Shown here piece by piece: positions 36,867-45,159 of a DNA stretch of 64,000 bases; the stretch's first letter is position 1, and every line of letters begins with the position of its first letter. This DNA is from a virus. The notes under the pieces are model-generated. The model saw only the letters and a list, made by a program, of their open reading frames with translations. It was not told the origin of the DNA and did not search any database. The translations under genes and the position numbers were made by a program. The stretch covers positions 4,955-68,954 of the IMG/VR virus record IMGVR_UViG_3300020595_000028, one strand, 5' to 3'.

Positions 36867-38528
36867 TTAAACCCTCATAAACTGGCCTGAACCTTGGCTT
36901 TGGGCTTCTTCATCGTAGTCCTGTCCCTTAGTTAAACGTCCTGTTTTAAAGTCATACAGGAGCGCCCCAGAGGGTCCAGTAAGACCAGTATAACGACATT
37001 TGAGGACTTTTGTTTTAATAGTGTTTCTTTCAAGGTCATCGCCGCTGCCTACATTTCGAGCAAAGGCAATGATGTCCATGCTTATTTGTTTAATTGAACC
37101 AGAGCCACGGATATCATCCATAGATGGTAGTTTACCTTCTTCAAAGGACTTGCCCTTGTTGTCTGTCTTTCTTAAGTGACTAATCAGACCAATCCATACA
37201 TTATGCTTCTTTACTAATCGAAGCAAGTCATTCATAATTTTATCGATTGCTTCATTTCCTGTAAGACCTTCTGCACCTTCAGATGCCAGAATTGTAATGT
37301 GGTCAACAAAGAGGTACTTAGCCCCACTAAGACACATATACTCAAGAAAGTCCATAATAGACCCGTCAGAGATAGAGCCTTGATGGTCGAGAACAAGGAC
37401 TCTGTCTTCTCCGAATACTTTGTCATAACCTTCTTTAAGTTCATCTAGGGGTATTTCCTCCGCAGCGGGGTTTCGGTTTAAGGCCATGCCAGACATCTTA
37501 CGAGCAGTCTCAGCGGGAGATTCCTCAAGGGATACGATGCCGATTTTATCTTCTGTGGCATCAAGCAAGTGAACGGCAATCTCGCGTAGTAGCGTAGACT
37601 TACCTGAACCTGTACCTGACGTCCATAGAGTGATTTCACCGAAGCGCATACCCTTAAGCTTGTCATTTAACCCTTGCATAGATTCGGGGTAAGGAACAGA
37701 CTCAAGTTCGTTATAAGTTTCTAGTTGTGTCCACAAGTCTTCTTTAGTAAGAATACCTGCAGGGGTGTAGTCAGTAGCATCATAGACAGTCTTAAGAACC
37801 TTATCAGGGTCTTTGACCCAGAGGTCAGATGCATCTTTCTCTGAGGACTTGGCAATCTTAACTTTATCATAACCGATGATACGAGCAGCTTCTTTAGTAG
37901 CTTCACGACCAGCGTCATCATTATCAAGCCATAGGATTACTTCATCAAAGTTTCTAATCCAGTCCCGCTCCTCAATCAAGTCTTTGATAGAGGAAGCAGA
38001 ACGAAGTGATACAACAGGGTAGAAGGCTTTGTAGCGTTTATACCATGCGGATTGTACCGCCATAGCATCTAACTCACCTTCAGTAATCACCAAGCGTTTA
38101 CCGCCGTTGAATAGCTGTTGACCAAATAAACCACCCCGAACCTTACCTGCAGAGGTAAAGTCCTTGGGAAGCTTTCTTATTTTATAACCAGCTAACTCAT
38201 CCTCTTTAAAGTAAGGATAGTAGTGGCTGTCGATGTTCCCATCCATATCATAGGATACTCGAACACCGTAGTGTTGTGAGACCTGCTTAAAGATATTACG
38301 TTCTTTAAAGCCACGGCTAGGGAAGTCTTCTTGTATTTCACGTAGACTAGGCCCGTACGATACTGGCTCGAAGTCTGTATTAGTGCTTACCACGGTGATT
38401 CCCTCCTTTGGTGCTGGTCTAGATTTACGACAACTGAAGCAGAAGGTTGAGCCGTCTTCGTACAACTGTTTCGGGTCCGAACCACCACAGTCGTCACACG
38501 GCAAGTTTTTCTGTATGATTCGACCCAT
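36867..38528 (-). CDS. T7 gp4-like primase-helicase
   Basis: CxxC..CxxC zinc finger, ITEGELDAM TOPRIM, LDNDDAG, SGTGSGKST, LEE, DHI, SHLRK, RGSGSIKQ. Confidence 0.93.
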   Translation of the reverse strand: MGRIIQKNLPCDDCGGSDPKQLYEDGSTFCFSCRKSRPAPKEGITVVSTNTDFEPVSYGPSLREIQEDFPSRGFKERNIFKQVSQHYGVRVSYDMDGNIDSHYYPYFKEDELAGYKIRKLPKDFTSAGKVRGGLFGQQLFNGGKRLVITEGELDAMAVQSAWYKRYKAFYPVVSLRSASSIKDLIEERDWIRNFDEVILWLDNDDAGREATKEAARIIGYDKVKIAKSSEKDASDLWVKDPDKVLKTVYDATDYTPAGILTKEDLWTQLETYNELESVPYPESMQGLNDKLKGMRFGEITLWTSGTGSGKSTLLREIAVHLLDATEDKIGIVSLEESPAETARKMSGMALNRNPAAEEIPLDELKEGYDKVFGEDRVLVLDHQGSISDGSIMDFLEYMCLSGAKYLFVDHITILASEGAEGLTGNEAIDKIMNDLLRLVKKHNVWIGLISHLRKTDNKGKSFEEGKLPSMDDIRGSGSIKQISMDIIAFARNVGSGDDLERNTIKTKVLKCRYTGLTGPSGALLYDFKTGRLTKGQDYDEEAQSQGSGQFMRV

Positions 38529-38531
38529 AGA

Positions 38532-38717
38532 TTATTCCCCTCCAGATTCCCGTGCATAAACAATAGTAGCAGCGAACTCTGAGACTTCTTGTAAGATGAA
38601 GTATAGGATAAGTCCTGCAATAGCATTGAAGTCAAGAATCTCTAGGATTCCAAACAAGGAAAGAACTAGTATAGCTAGACTCATAATATAGGTGCCTGTA
38701 GCAATCATTCTAAGCAT
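38532..38717 (-). CDS. Small 2-TM membrane protein
   Basis: Hydrophobic 61 aa. Confidence 0.5.
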   Translation of the reverse strand: MLRMIATGTYIMSLAILVLSLFGILEILDFNAIAGLILYFILQEVSEFAATIVYARESGGE

Positions 38718-39463
38718 TATATTTCCTCTTTACTGATGAATTTAGCTTTCCAGCCATAGATTGTTTTCTTTTCACCCCTTGCGACACGGGCAACTGAGTC
38801 GTGGGCGCAGCCAATGAACTTGGCAGCGTCCTTTGAGTTGTTGAAGATGATTTCGCTATCACCTTTGTTAATCTGTATACGTTTAGCATTCCAACCCGCG
38901 TAGTCGTCTATGCCCCCTGGTACTAAGTTTTCTCTTAGCTTCGGGTTATTGGCAGGTTTACCGCGCTTAGCCTCGGCCATTAATGATTTGGTTCGCTCAC
39001 TAAAGTCTCTAGTTTCTTTAGGAATCCAGCGAACCGCACCTACTTGGCCGTTGTAGAATTGACGTTCACCATCTGGTAGTTTAGCAGTCATGACATCACA
39101 TTTAATCTGGAAGGCAATTTCAGCGTAATTAAGGCCACCTCGTGTGTTATAAAACTCCAAGATAACAAACTTAAATTTATCTTTGCCTAGACTTTTGATG
39201 TCATCGGTGAGGTGCTTTGAACTACCCATGTAGCTCTTCCAGTTAGTTGTTTTGCCGTAAGTCTTGCTAGACTTCTTCCCTAAGTGTACAGTCTGTTTTC
39301 GTCCAATATACAGTTTGCCTGTCTCTGTGTTCTCAACACAATAAACAAAACCATGAGCCTTCAGGGGGTCTTGGTCTAGTAAGTAGGGCATAATCTCCCA
39401 ATGCCCATACTCTTTGTTTGTGACGGAATTATCCATCATTTCAATCAGTAATTGCAGATTCAT
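38717..39463 (-). CDS. Free-standing GIY-YIG (Seg-like) homing endonuclease with NUMOD-like C-terminus
   Basis: GFVY...YIGRK, WK.Y.GSS, F.....AAKFIG...V.R..RG..K..YG. Confidence 0.8.
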   Translation of the reverse strand: MNLQLLIEMMDNSVTNKEYGHWEIMPYLLDQDPLKAHGFVYCVENTETGKLYIGRKQTVHLGKKSSKTYGKTTNWKSYMGSSKHLTDDIKSLGKDKFKFVILEFYNTRGGLNYAEIAFQIKCDVMTAKLPDGERQFYNGQVGAVRWIPKETRDFSERTKSLMAEAKRGKPANNPKLRENLVPGGIDDYAGWNAKRIQINKGDSEIIFNNSKDAAKFIGCAHDSVARVARGEKKTIYGWKAKFISKEEI

Positions 39464-40163
39464 AGTCTTCCCTCCGAATCTTAAAATGGTCGTTAATATG
39501 ACGCCAGATGTGAATTAGACGGCCATTGGCAATCATATATGAGTAACCTTCATCACCATAAACATCGTGGTAAGCACGGCATACTGCATCGCGCATTTCT
39601 TTATGAGTATACGCACCTTCGAGAAGCTTCTTGGCCTTCACTGGACCTACCTTTGGCAAGCCGGGGATTGCATCTACGGAATCGCCTTGGAGTACTTGTT
39701 GCCAGTAGAAGCGTTCGCCATACTCTTCACATATTTGATAAATCTTCTTTGTTCTAGGATTGTAGTGAGTTCCTGGAATACAATGTAAGTCTTTATCTAC
39801 TGATACAACAGCACGATTAATACCCGCTGCATCACATTCTAAAGCCCATACTCGTACTAGGTCATCAGCTTCACAGTTATCAGACTCTACAGAGCCTTCT
39901 AGTTTACTAGCCCAAGACTTCAAGTCATTAAACCACTCAGGTCTATTGTCTTTGGCTTTCTTCCGATTCCCTTTATAGTCAGGGAACAGGTCCAATCGAA
40001 AGTTGTCAGGACCACCAATGGCCATAACGTAGTCTGTAGTAAACAAGCCGTTAAGAACATCATCTACGAGTTCTTGGAACTTCTTCTTTCCTTCTTCTAG
40101 TGTTTCACTTTTCCATATAGCCATGTATACTAATACATCACCATCAATGATAGCCATAGTCAT
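39441..40163 (-). CDS. 5'-3' exonuclease/RNase H (T7 gp6-like)
   Basis: IDGD, YKGNR, EADD, DKDL, GDSVD.IPG..VGP.KA. Confidence 0.9.
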   Translation of the reverse strand: MTMAIIDGDVLVYMAIWKSETLEEGKKKFQELVDDVLNGLFTTDYVMAIGGPDNFRLDLFPDYKGNRKKAKDNRPEWFNDLKSWASKLEGSVESDNCEADDLVRVWALECDAAGINRAVVSVDKDLHCIPGTHYNPRTKKIYQICEEYGERFYWQQVLQGDSVDAIPGLPKVGPVKAKKLLEGAYTHKEMRDAVCRAYHDVYGDEGYSYMIANGRLIHIWRHINDHFKIRREDYESAITD

Positions 40164-40195
40164 AGTTATTCTCCTTTAATCAGGGAAGACCTTGG

Positions 40196-40213
40196 TCATT
40201 ATTCCGCCCCATT
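40196..40213 (-). promoter_or_regulatory. Class II phage promoter-like repeat upstream of exonuclease/primase
   Basis: AATGGGGCGGAATAATGAC. Confidence 0.75.
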
Positions 40214-40227
40214 TTTAGTCCTTATTT

Positions 40228-40512
40228 TTAACGCTTTCCGTTAACTTTTCGGTCCTCTAATTTAGCCACACCGTGCTTCATAACCTCCTCCAGAGTGTAT
40301 CCTCTAGTACGCGCTATCATCGTTAGATACCACAGGGTATCCGATAGCTCATCAATTATCTGTACGGTGCGCTTTTCGCCCTTACGCACCTCTGTGGTAC
40401 GCTCAGACATTACCTCACCTACCTCTGAAGCGAAGCCTGTGAACAAGGTTTCTTGTGTAGTTCCTCGTTCATAGAATTGAGCAATTTGGTGAGTGTAGAC
40501 TTTAGTCTGCAT
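40228..40512 (-). CDS. MazG-like NTP pyrophosphohydrolase
   Basis: SEVGEV, DELSDTLWY, KLEDR. Confidence 0.75.
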   Translation of the reverse strand: MQTKVYTHQIAQFYERGTTQETLFTGFASEVGEVMSERTTEVRKGEKRTVQIIDELSDTLWYLTMIARTRGYTLEEVMKHGVAKLEDRKVNGKR

Positions 40513-40723
40513 AGTAAGCCCCTTCAGGTGAGTTCATCGCCGCAACGATATCTTTAAGTTGTTGGTTAGACATTTCAATTAAGTCGTAGACTTCCATGTC
40601 GTCGCTCCATTGGCGAAAGAACACAGACTCAGCATCGATGATAACCTCTACATCGTTACATTTACCCTCTTGGTCAAGGGTGGTGATAATAGTATCTTCC
40701 GGCATGTGTTCTACAGTAAACAT
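40502..40723 (-). CDS. Conserved hypothetical protein
   Basis: MFTVEH...SPEGAY. Confidence 0.55.
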   Translation of the reverse strand: MFTVEHMPEDTIITTLDQEGKCNDVEVIIDAESVFFRQWSDDMEVYDLIEMSNQQLKDIVAAMNSPEGAYYAD

Positions 40724-40859
40724 TAAAAGGGTACCTCTCCGTTTTCATCTCTTGGGTCATTGAAATACCCCTTTGCCATAGTAGGGTCTTTTGGTTTAGG
40801 TTCTTCTTTTTCTACCTTTTCCACTATACCCATCTCTCTTAAGAATAGTTCTAGTTCAC

Positions 40860-41066
40860 TTACCATTTACGAACCTTCCAGTAAGCCCAGCAGCGCATAC
40901 AGTGGCCTTCACCACAGAAAGCATCTACAAATAGGCTTAAGTTTCGTTTACCGTTACGTTTAGCTTCGTGTTGACGGGCCGAGAAAGTCTGACCGATTGA
41001 GCCACCTAACAGAACGTTAAGTAGCATTGATAGTGCGATTCCAACTCTGTATAGATACTCAGTCAT
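40860..41066 (-). CDS. Conserved small phage protein
   Basis: LNVLLGG...TFSAR, HC...W; likely start MTEYL. Confidence 0.5.
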   Translation of the reverse strand: MTEYLYRVGIALSMLLNVLLGGSIGQTFSARQHEAKRNGKRNLSLFVDAFCGEGHCMRCWAYWKVRKW

Positions 41067-41068
41067 AA

Positions 41069-41428
41069 TTAATCTTCCTTTTGTGCGTCTGCTAGGGCTT
41101 GGTCGTAACCAGCCATGAATCCTTCTTCGTACTTGTCTTGGCACTTCTCAGAGTAACCTAACCCATAACCTTCTTCTTCACCGAAGATTTGGCCTTCGTC
41201 ATAGGCGTCTTCAAAGGCATCGAACTGACCATCAGAGAAGCCGTCTTCGTAGTGCATTTCAGCCTCTGTAGTATAGTTAGAGGACGCCGCCTCAATACAA
41301 TTAACTTCTGCTTTTTCAAGGATTAGTCGTAGTGCCCGTGTTAGTTGAATGTTTTCAAACTTAATCTCTGTGTAAAGCTTGTCGAATTCAAGTTCGATTG
41401 CGGTGCTGATTGAAATAGTTGCGCTCAT
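41069..41428 (-). CDS. Acidic protein with YxxG repeats
   Basis: YEDGFSDG, YDEG, YEEGF, GYDQA. Confidence 0.55.
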   Translation of the reverse strand: MSATISISTAIELEFDKLYTEIKFENIQLTRALRLILEKAEVNCIEAASSNYTTEAEMHYEDGFSDGQFDAFEDAYDEGQIFGEEEGYGLGYSEKCQDKYEEGFMAGYDQALADAQKED

Positions 41429-41661
41429 AGTGTATCTCCAATGATGTCTAGGTAGTGGATAAGGTCTAGGTCTTCTACTTCTTTACCGTCTGCGTACTCA
41501 CCTTCGAACTCCATGTCAACACCGAGAATATCGCCCCCAGTCATGTCATAGAGAACCATAGCAAGGTCTTCAGCGTCCTTTACAAGGAAGTCTACTTCGA
41601 TGAAGGTAACGCCCTCATCACTTTCGAACCAACCTGATACTGTGATATCTTTATAATCCAT
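41425..41661 (-). CDS. Acidic hypothetical protein
   Basis: ORF track, coupled overlaps. Confidence 0.5.
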   Translation of the reverse strand: MDYKDITVSGWFESDEGVTFIEVDFLVKDAEDLAMVLYDMTGGDILGVDMEFEGEYADGKEVEDLDLIHYLDIIGDTL

Positions 41662-42062
41662 TATAGTTCTCCTGTTGTTGTAAAGTATTGTTTAGTAGCT
41701 AGGACATAAGTCCAGTTCTTTAGAGTAGCGACTTCTGTTTTAGATACACGAACCATAGGCCCAACAATGTAAGTAGCACCGTCGTAGTAGCGAAGTGTAC
41801 AAGGTTGGCGGGTGTCTCCTGGGATTTCCAGAACAGAGTCTTGAGTATTGACATAGCCAGAAGGCTCTACAATGTCATAGAAGTCTTTCTCATTAACGAT
41901 ATAAGACGTCTCTAGTTCACCGTTGTAAGCCCCAATGCATTGAAACATAGAACCCTGCATTTCGCCTAGGGCACGTTGAGTGTCCATCAAGCGTAAGAAC
42001 TTAGCAGTAGTATGAACATCAGAGTTGTTGTCGATAGCGAAACAGATTTTATTGAGTTGCAT
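41661..42062 (-). CDS. Hypothetical protein
   Basis: G.Y.G..E.SY, Q.SVL motif. Confidence 0.55.
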   Translation of the reverse strand: MQLNKICFAIDNNSDVHTTAKFLRLMDTQRALGEMQGSMFQCIGAYNGELETSYIVNEKDFYDIVEPSGYVNTQDSVLEIPGDTRQPCTLRYYDGATYIVGPMVRVSKTEVATLKNWTYVLATKQYFTTTGEL

Positions 42063-42152
42063 TACTTATTTCCTTTTTCAAGTTCTTTAAGAAGTTTCGC
42101 CGCAATCATTGCTGACCGCGACGGCATTGGGCTTGCTGGTCCTCTAGTGGGT

Positions 42153-42455
42153 TTAGTTCCCATCTTTTCTATCCTTCCATACTTTATGATAAATTGTGGC
42201 CAATCCACGTTTGTCAGGGTGTTTGCGGACCCATAACCCAGTATCGGGTAGGAACTCTTTTCGGAAGTAGTTATCTAACTTACGATAACCTGTTCCTTGC
42301 TCTAAGTTGACCTGCATACACAAGTCATCAAACTCTGCATCTGACATAATGCTATCGTTCTCGTACTCATAAGCGTAGGCGGCAACGGACAAGCGTATCC
42401 GTAACCTCCGTTCTTTTGTTTCTGCTGGTCTGTATTTAACAAGGGTACTGGCCAT
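42153..42455 (-). CDS. Stand-alone NAD-dependent DNA ligase domain Ia-like protein
   Basis: AAYAYEY..DSIMSDAEFDDL resembles ligase Ia YY..D.P.ISDAEYD. Confidence 0.65.
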   Translation of the reverse strand: MASTLVKYRPAETKERRLRIRLSVAAYAYEYENDSIMSDAEFDDLCMQVNLEQGTGYRKLDNYFRKEFLPDTGLWVRKHPDKRGLATIYHKVWKDRKDGN

Positions 42456-42468
42456 CGTTAGAGTTCTC

Positions 42469-42615
42469 CTATTTTATCTTCTTCAGTTCAGCTTTGTAAG
42501 CAGTATAAGCGGCATCCCAAGCAGCATAAGCAGGATAACAAGCAGCACCACGAGCATCACGAGCAGCCCAATAAGCATCCCACCAAGCAGCCTCTAGCTC
42601 TTCTAGCTTAGTCAT
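42469..42615 (-). CDS. Ala-rich mini-gene family member 2 (48 aa)
   Basis: Manually read: MTKLEELEAAWWDAYWAARDARGAACYPAYAAWDAAYTAYKAELKKIK. Confidence 0.6.
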   Translation of the reverse strand: MTKLEELEAAWWDAYWAARDARGAACYPAYAAWDAAYTAYKAELKKIK

Positions 42616-42835
42616 TGGAGTTCTCCTCTTTTATCTTCTTTAGCTCGTCTTGGTAAGCAGCCCAAGCAGCATCAGCAGCAGCATCAAGGGCAGCGACAGC
42701 CTTCCAAGCAGCATCATCAGCAACATACTCATCATCAACAAATTCCGGCACAGCCAAAGCATCATAAACAGCAGCACGAGCAGCATCACGAGCAGCTTCA
42801 ACAGCCGCCTTCAGTTTTTCAAGTTTAGTCATCAT
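42608..42835 (-). CDS. Ala-rich mini-gene family member 3
   Basis: MTKLEKLKAA...AAWAAYQDELKKIKEENSND. Confidence 0.65.
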   Translation of the reverse strand: MMTKLEKLKAAVEAARDAARAAVYDALAVPEFVDDEYVADDAAWKAVAALDAAADAAWAAYQDELKKIKEENSND

Positions 42836-43077
42836 TCAACTACCTTTACCTTCTTACCTAAAGCCTCACTAATCTGAGCCATAGTCATTTCTACTGTAGG
42901 TGTCATACGCTCATTAAACTTTTCTTCTGATAAGCGTTGACCATTTAAGTAAAAAAACTTATCACCATTACTATACTCAACAGCTGGTCCATCTTCACGG
43001 TGGAGTTTATCACCCAAGCACCAAGTCTTGCCACCATCAGCATAAACTATAACTTCGTATTTGATATAATCAGTCAT
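42832..43077 (-). CDS. HREDGPA-repeat protein (1 repeat)
   Basis: KLHREDGPAVEY; paralog of 43775 and 44268 genes. Confidence 0.7.
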   Translation of the reverse strand: MTDYIKYEVIVYADGGKTWCLGDKLHREDGPAVEYSNGDKFFYLNGQRLSEEKFNERMTPTVEMTMAQISEALGKKVKVVE

Positions 43078-43144
43078 TTGTTTGTTCCTTTGTTTTCTTC
43101 AGTTCAGCTCTGTAAGCAGCCTTCAGTTTTTCAAGTTTATTCAT
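43070..43144 (-). pseudogene. Ala-rich family member collapsed to its conserved ends (24 aa)
   Basis: MNKLEKLKAAYRAELKKTKEQTND. Confidence 0.6.
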
Positions 43145-43292
43145 CCTGTATCTCCTTATTGTGTTTACGAAGTCTCTTGTTGTAGGCACGTTTGATTTTC
43201 TTTAATTGGCCTGCTCTCCATATGTAAAACTTACGTGCTTTAGTGAGAGCGCGATATTGCTCCCCTCCTTTCAGGGGTACTCTCTTACTCAT
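43137..43292 (-). CDS. Small basic protein (51 aa)
   Basis: Manually read: MSKRVPLKGGEQYRALTKARKFYIWRAGQLKKIKRAYNKRLRK... Confidence 0.55.
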   Translation of the reverse strand: MSKRVPLKGGEQYRALTKARKFYIWRAGQLKKIKRAYNKRLRKHNKEIQDE

Positions 43293-43471
43293 TCATCCAT
43301 TTCTTCAATGAAAAGGTTGCCAGAAGCATCACCTTCTTCAGACCAATCCCATTCAGAAAGACCTTCTTCGTGAAGTCGCTTGGCTTCTTCTTCAGAGCCA
43401 GCCTCAACATAGTAGCATTTCTGAACTGAGATTGTTTTGTATACAGCGAATGTTTTGATTGTATCAGCCAT
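43289..43471 (-). CDS. Small acidic hypothetical protein
   Basis: VEA.SEEEA motif. Confidence 0.55.
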   Translation of the reverse strand: MADTIKTFAVYKTISVQKCYYVEAGSEEEAKRLHEEGLSEWDWSEEGDASGNLFIEEMDE

Positions 43472-43606
43472 GTGTAGTTCTCCAAATATTTAATTGCTGA
43501 TTTAAGGTATTCTATGTTGTCTTCTGCCTTTCCACAAGTGAAACTTACGTGCCTTAGTGAGAGCATCATGCTCATCACCACCCTTCATAGGGATACGCTT
43601 GGTCAT
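43470..43606 (-). pseudogene. Chimeric remnant: truncated paralog of 43137..43292 joined to the 3' end of an EndoVII-like gene
   Basis: MTKRIPMKGGDEHDALTKARKF..., then in another frame ...LKSAIKYLENYT identical to the end of 44677..45159. Confidence 0.6.
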
Positions 43607-43787
43607 CGTCTACCTCCCAGTATCTACAGTAAAAATGCTCTCCACACGCATCAATCTCTTCCTGTGGATAACCTTCACTTACTAACCATTCCAGGGTGCT
43701 AGTAAGGTCGTCTGGCATAGGTTTAGGAAAACCATACTTCCAACCACTAGGTGGGTCACACATTAATACTTTACTCATCCTGTCCAA
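43575..43787 (-). CDS. Conserved small phage protein
   Basis: DPPSGWKYGFPK, WLV..GYP. Confidence 0.6.
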   Translation of the reverse strand: MDRMSKVLMCDPPSGWKYGFPKPMPDDLTSTLEWLVSEGYPQEEIDACGEHFYCRYWEVDDDQAYPYEGW

Positions 43788-44275
43788 CCTTCTACCTCAT
43801 ATAACGCATCTAACGCATCACGGAGAATAGCGTTGACCCCTTTAGTTAGAGCTATCTGAGTCATCTCAGGTGACATGTCAATCACAAGAGTGGCACTACC
43901 GTCATGACTGTTCTCACTAATCTCAGATACCTCGAACATAGGTTTACTTGAGGCAGTCTTTACAGTGGGGAGTGTACGAACACGATGCTCTGTTTCCGTA
44001 AGTTCCTCACCTTTTAAGTACCAACACTTAGTGCCATCAGCATGCTCAATAGCAGGACCATCTTCACGATGAAGATTACCGTTTAAGTACCACCGCTTAG
44101 TACCATTAGCCCACTCAATAGCAGGGCCGTCTTCACGATGAAGCTTATCGTTTAGGTACCAATACTTAGTACCATTAGCAAGCTCAATAGCAGGGCCGTC
44201 TTCACGATGAAGCTTATCGTTTAGGTACCAATACTTAGTACCATTAGCATTTACTTCTACTTCATACTTAATCAT
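43775..44275 (-). CDS. HREDGPA-repeat (MORN-like) protein, 3 x 23-aa repeats
   Basis: KYWYLNDKLHREDGPAIE.ANGT repeats, 69-bp DNA period. Confidence 0.75.
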   Translation of the reverse strand: MIKYEVEVNANGTKYWYLNDKLHREDGPAIELANGTKYWYLNDKLHREDGPAIEWANGTKRWYLNGNLHREDGPAIEHADGTKCWYLKGEELTETEHRVRTLPTVKTASSKPMFEVSEISENSHDGSATLVIDMSPEMTQIALTKGVNAILRDALDALYEVEGWTG

Positions 44276-44648
44276 TTTGTTTTACCTTTACGTTCTTACC
44301 TAAAGCCTCACAGATTTCTTCCATAGTCATCTCTACAGTAGGGTTAATCTTAGCTTTATGTTCTTCTTCCGTAAGTCCCTCATCGTTTAAGTACCACCAC
44401 TTACCACCATTAACATACTCAATAGCAGGACCATCTTCACGATGAAGCTTACCGTTTAGGTGCCACTCCTTATTACCATCAGCAAATTCAACAGCAGGAC
44501 CGTCTTCACGGTGACGCTTATCGTTTAAGAACCAATACTTATCACCATTAGCACTCTCAACAGCAGGACCATCCTCACGGTGACGCTTACCGTTAAGATA
44601 CCAATGCTTAGTGCCATTAGCATACACTTTTACTTCATACTTAATCAT
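44268..44648 (-). CDS. HREDGPA-repeat (MORN-like) protein, 3 x 23-aa repeats
   Basis: K.W.LN.K.HREDGPA.E repeats. Confidence 0.75.
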   Translation of the reverse strand: MIKYEVKVYANGTKHWYLNGKRHREDGPAVESANGDKYWFLNDKRHREDGPAVEFADGNKEWHLNGKLHREDGPAIEYVNGGKWWYLNDEGLTEEEHKAKINPTVEMTMEEICEALGKNVKVKQND

Positions 44649-44676
44649 TTTGTTTCTCCAATTTTGATTGTGTCAG

Positions 44677-45159
44677 TCATGTGTAGTTCTCCAAATATTT
44701 AATTGCTGATTTGAGTACAGTTATATCTTCTTTTAGCTGGCCAATCCCTGTATTACAGTGGTAGCACAAGATGCCTCTCACCCTACCTGTCGTGTGACAG
44801 TGGTCAACCGCAGAGGAGTCTGCTGACCAACCTTTACCCCAACCCTTCAGTTCGTCCTTGCAGATTGCACACTTGTTGTTTTGTGCGTCTACAATAACTT
44901 GCCTCTCAGGTACCGTCATGTTGTACTTGTTCTTACAATTAATACAACCTTCGCAGTAGCTGTAGTATCTGTAGTTCCCATTCTCCTTTCGTATAGTTGG
45001 GTTGCGTGGAGGATTTGTACAACCCTCCGAAACGCATTCTTTCAATACCCTTTCGGGGTTTAATACAGTTAAGTCTGTATGGGACCACTGTCTTGGGCTT
45101 TGCCCCTTTTTACATCCGCCTTTTTGGTTATCAGTGACATTCATAGTAATCATCTCCAA
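44677..45159 (-). CDS. Endonuclease VII-like (HNH-fold) endonuclease
   Basis: Q...CAIC, VDHCHTTGRVRGILCYHCN.GIG. Confidence 0.85.
   Translation of the reverse strand: MEMITMNVTDNQKGGCKKGQSPRQWSHTDLTVLNPERVLKECVSEGCTNPPRNPTIRKENGNYRYYSYCEGCINCKNKYNMTVPERQVIVDAQNNKCAICKDELKGWGKGWSADSSAVDHCHTTGRVRGILCYHCNTGIGQLKEDITVLKSAIKYLENYT

Noticed and set aside
43285-43581. 98-aa ORF from the track
   Set aside because: It is a chimeric frame across a deletion scar and overlaps the real 43289..43471 gene.
43775-44648. CRISPR-like regular repeats (69-bp period)
   Set aside because: The repeats are in-frame coding units without unique spacers, and there are no cas genes.
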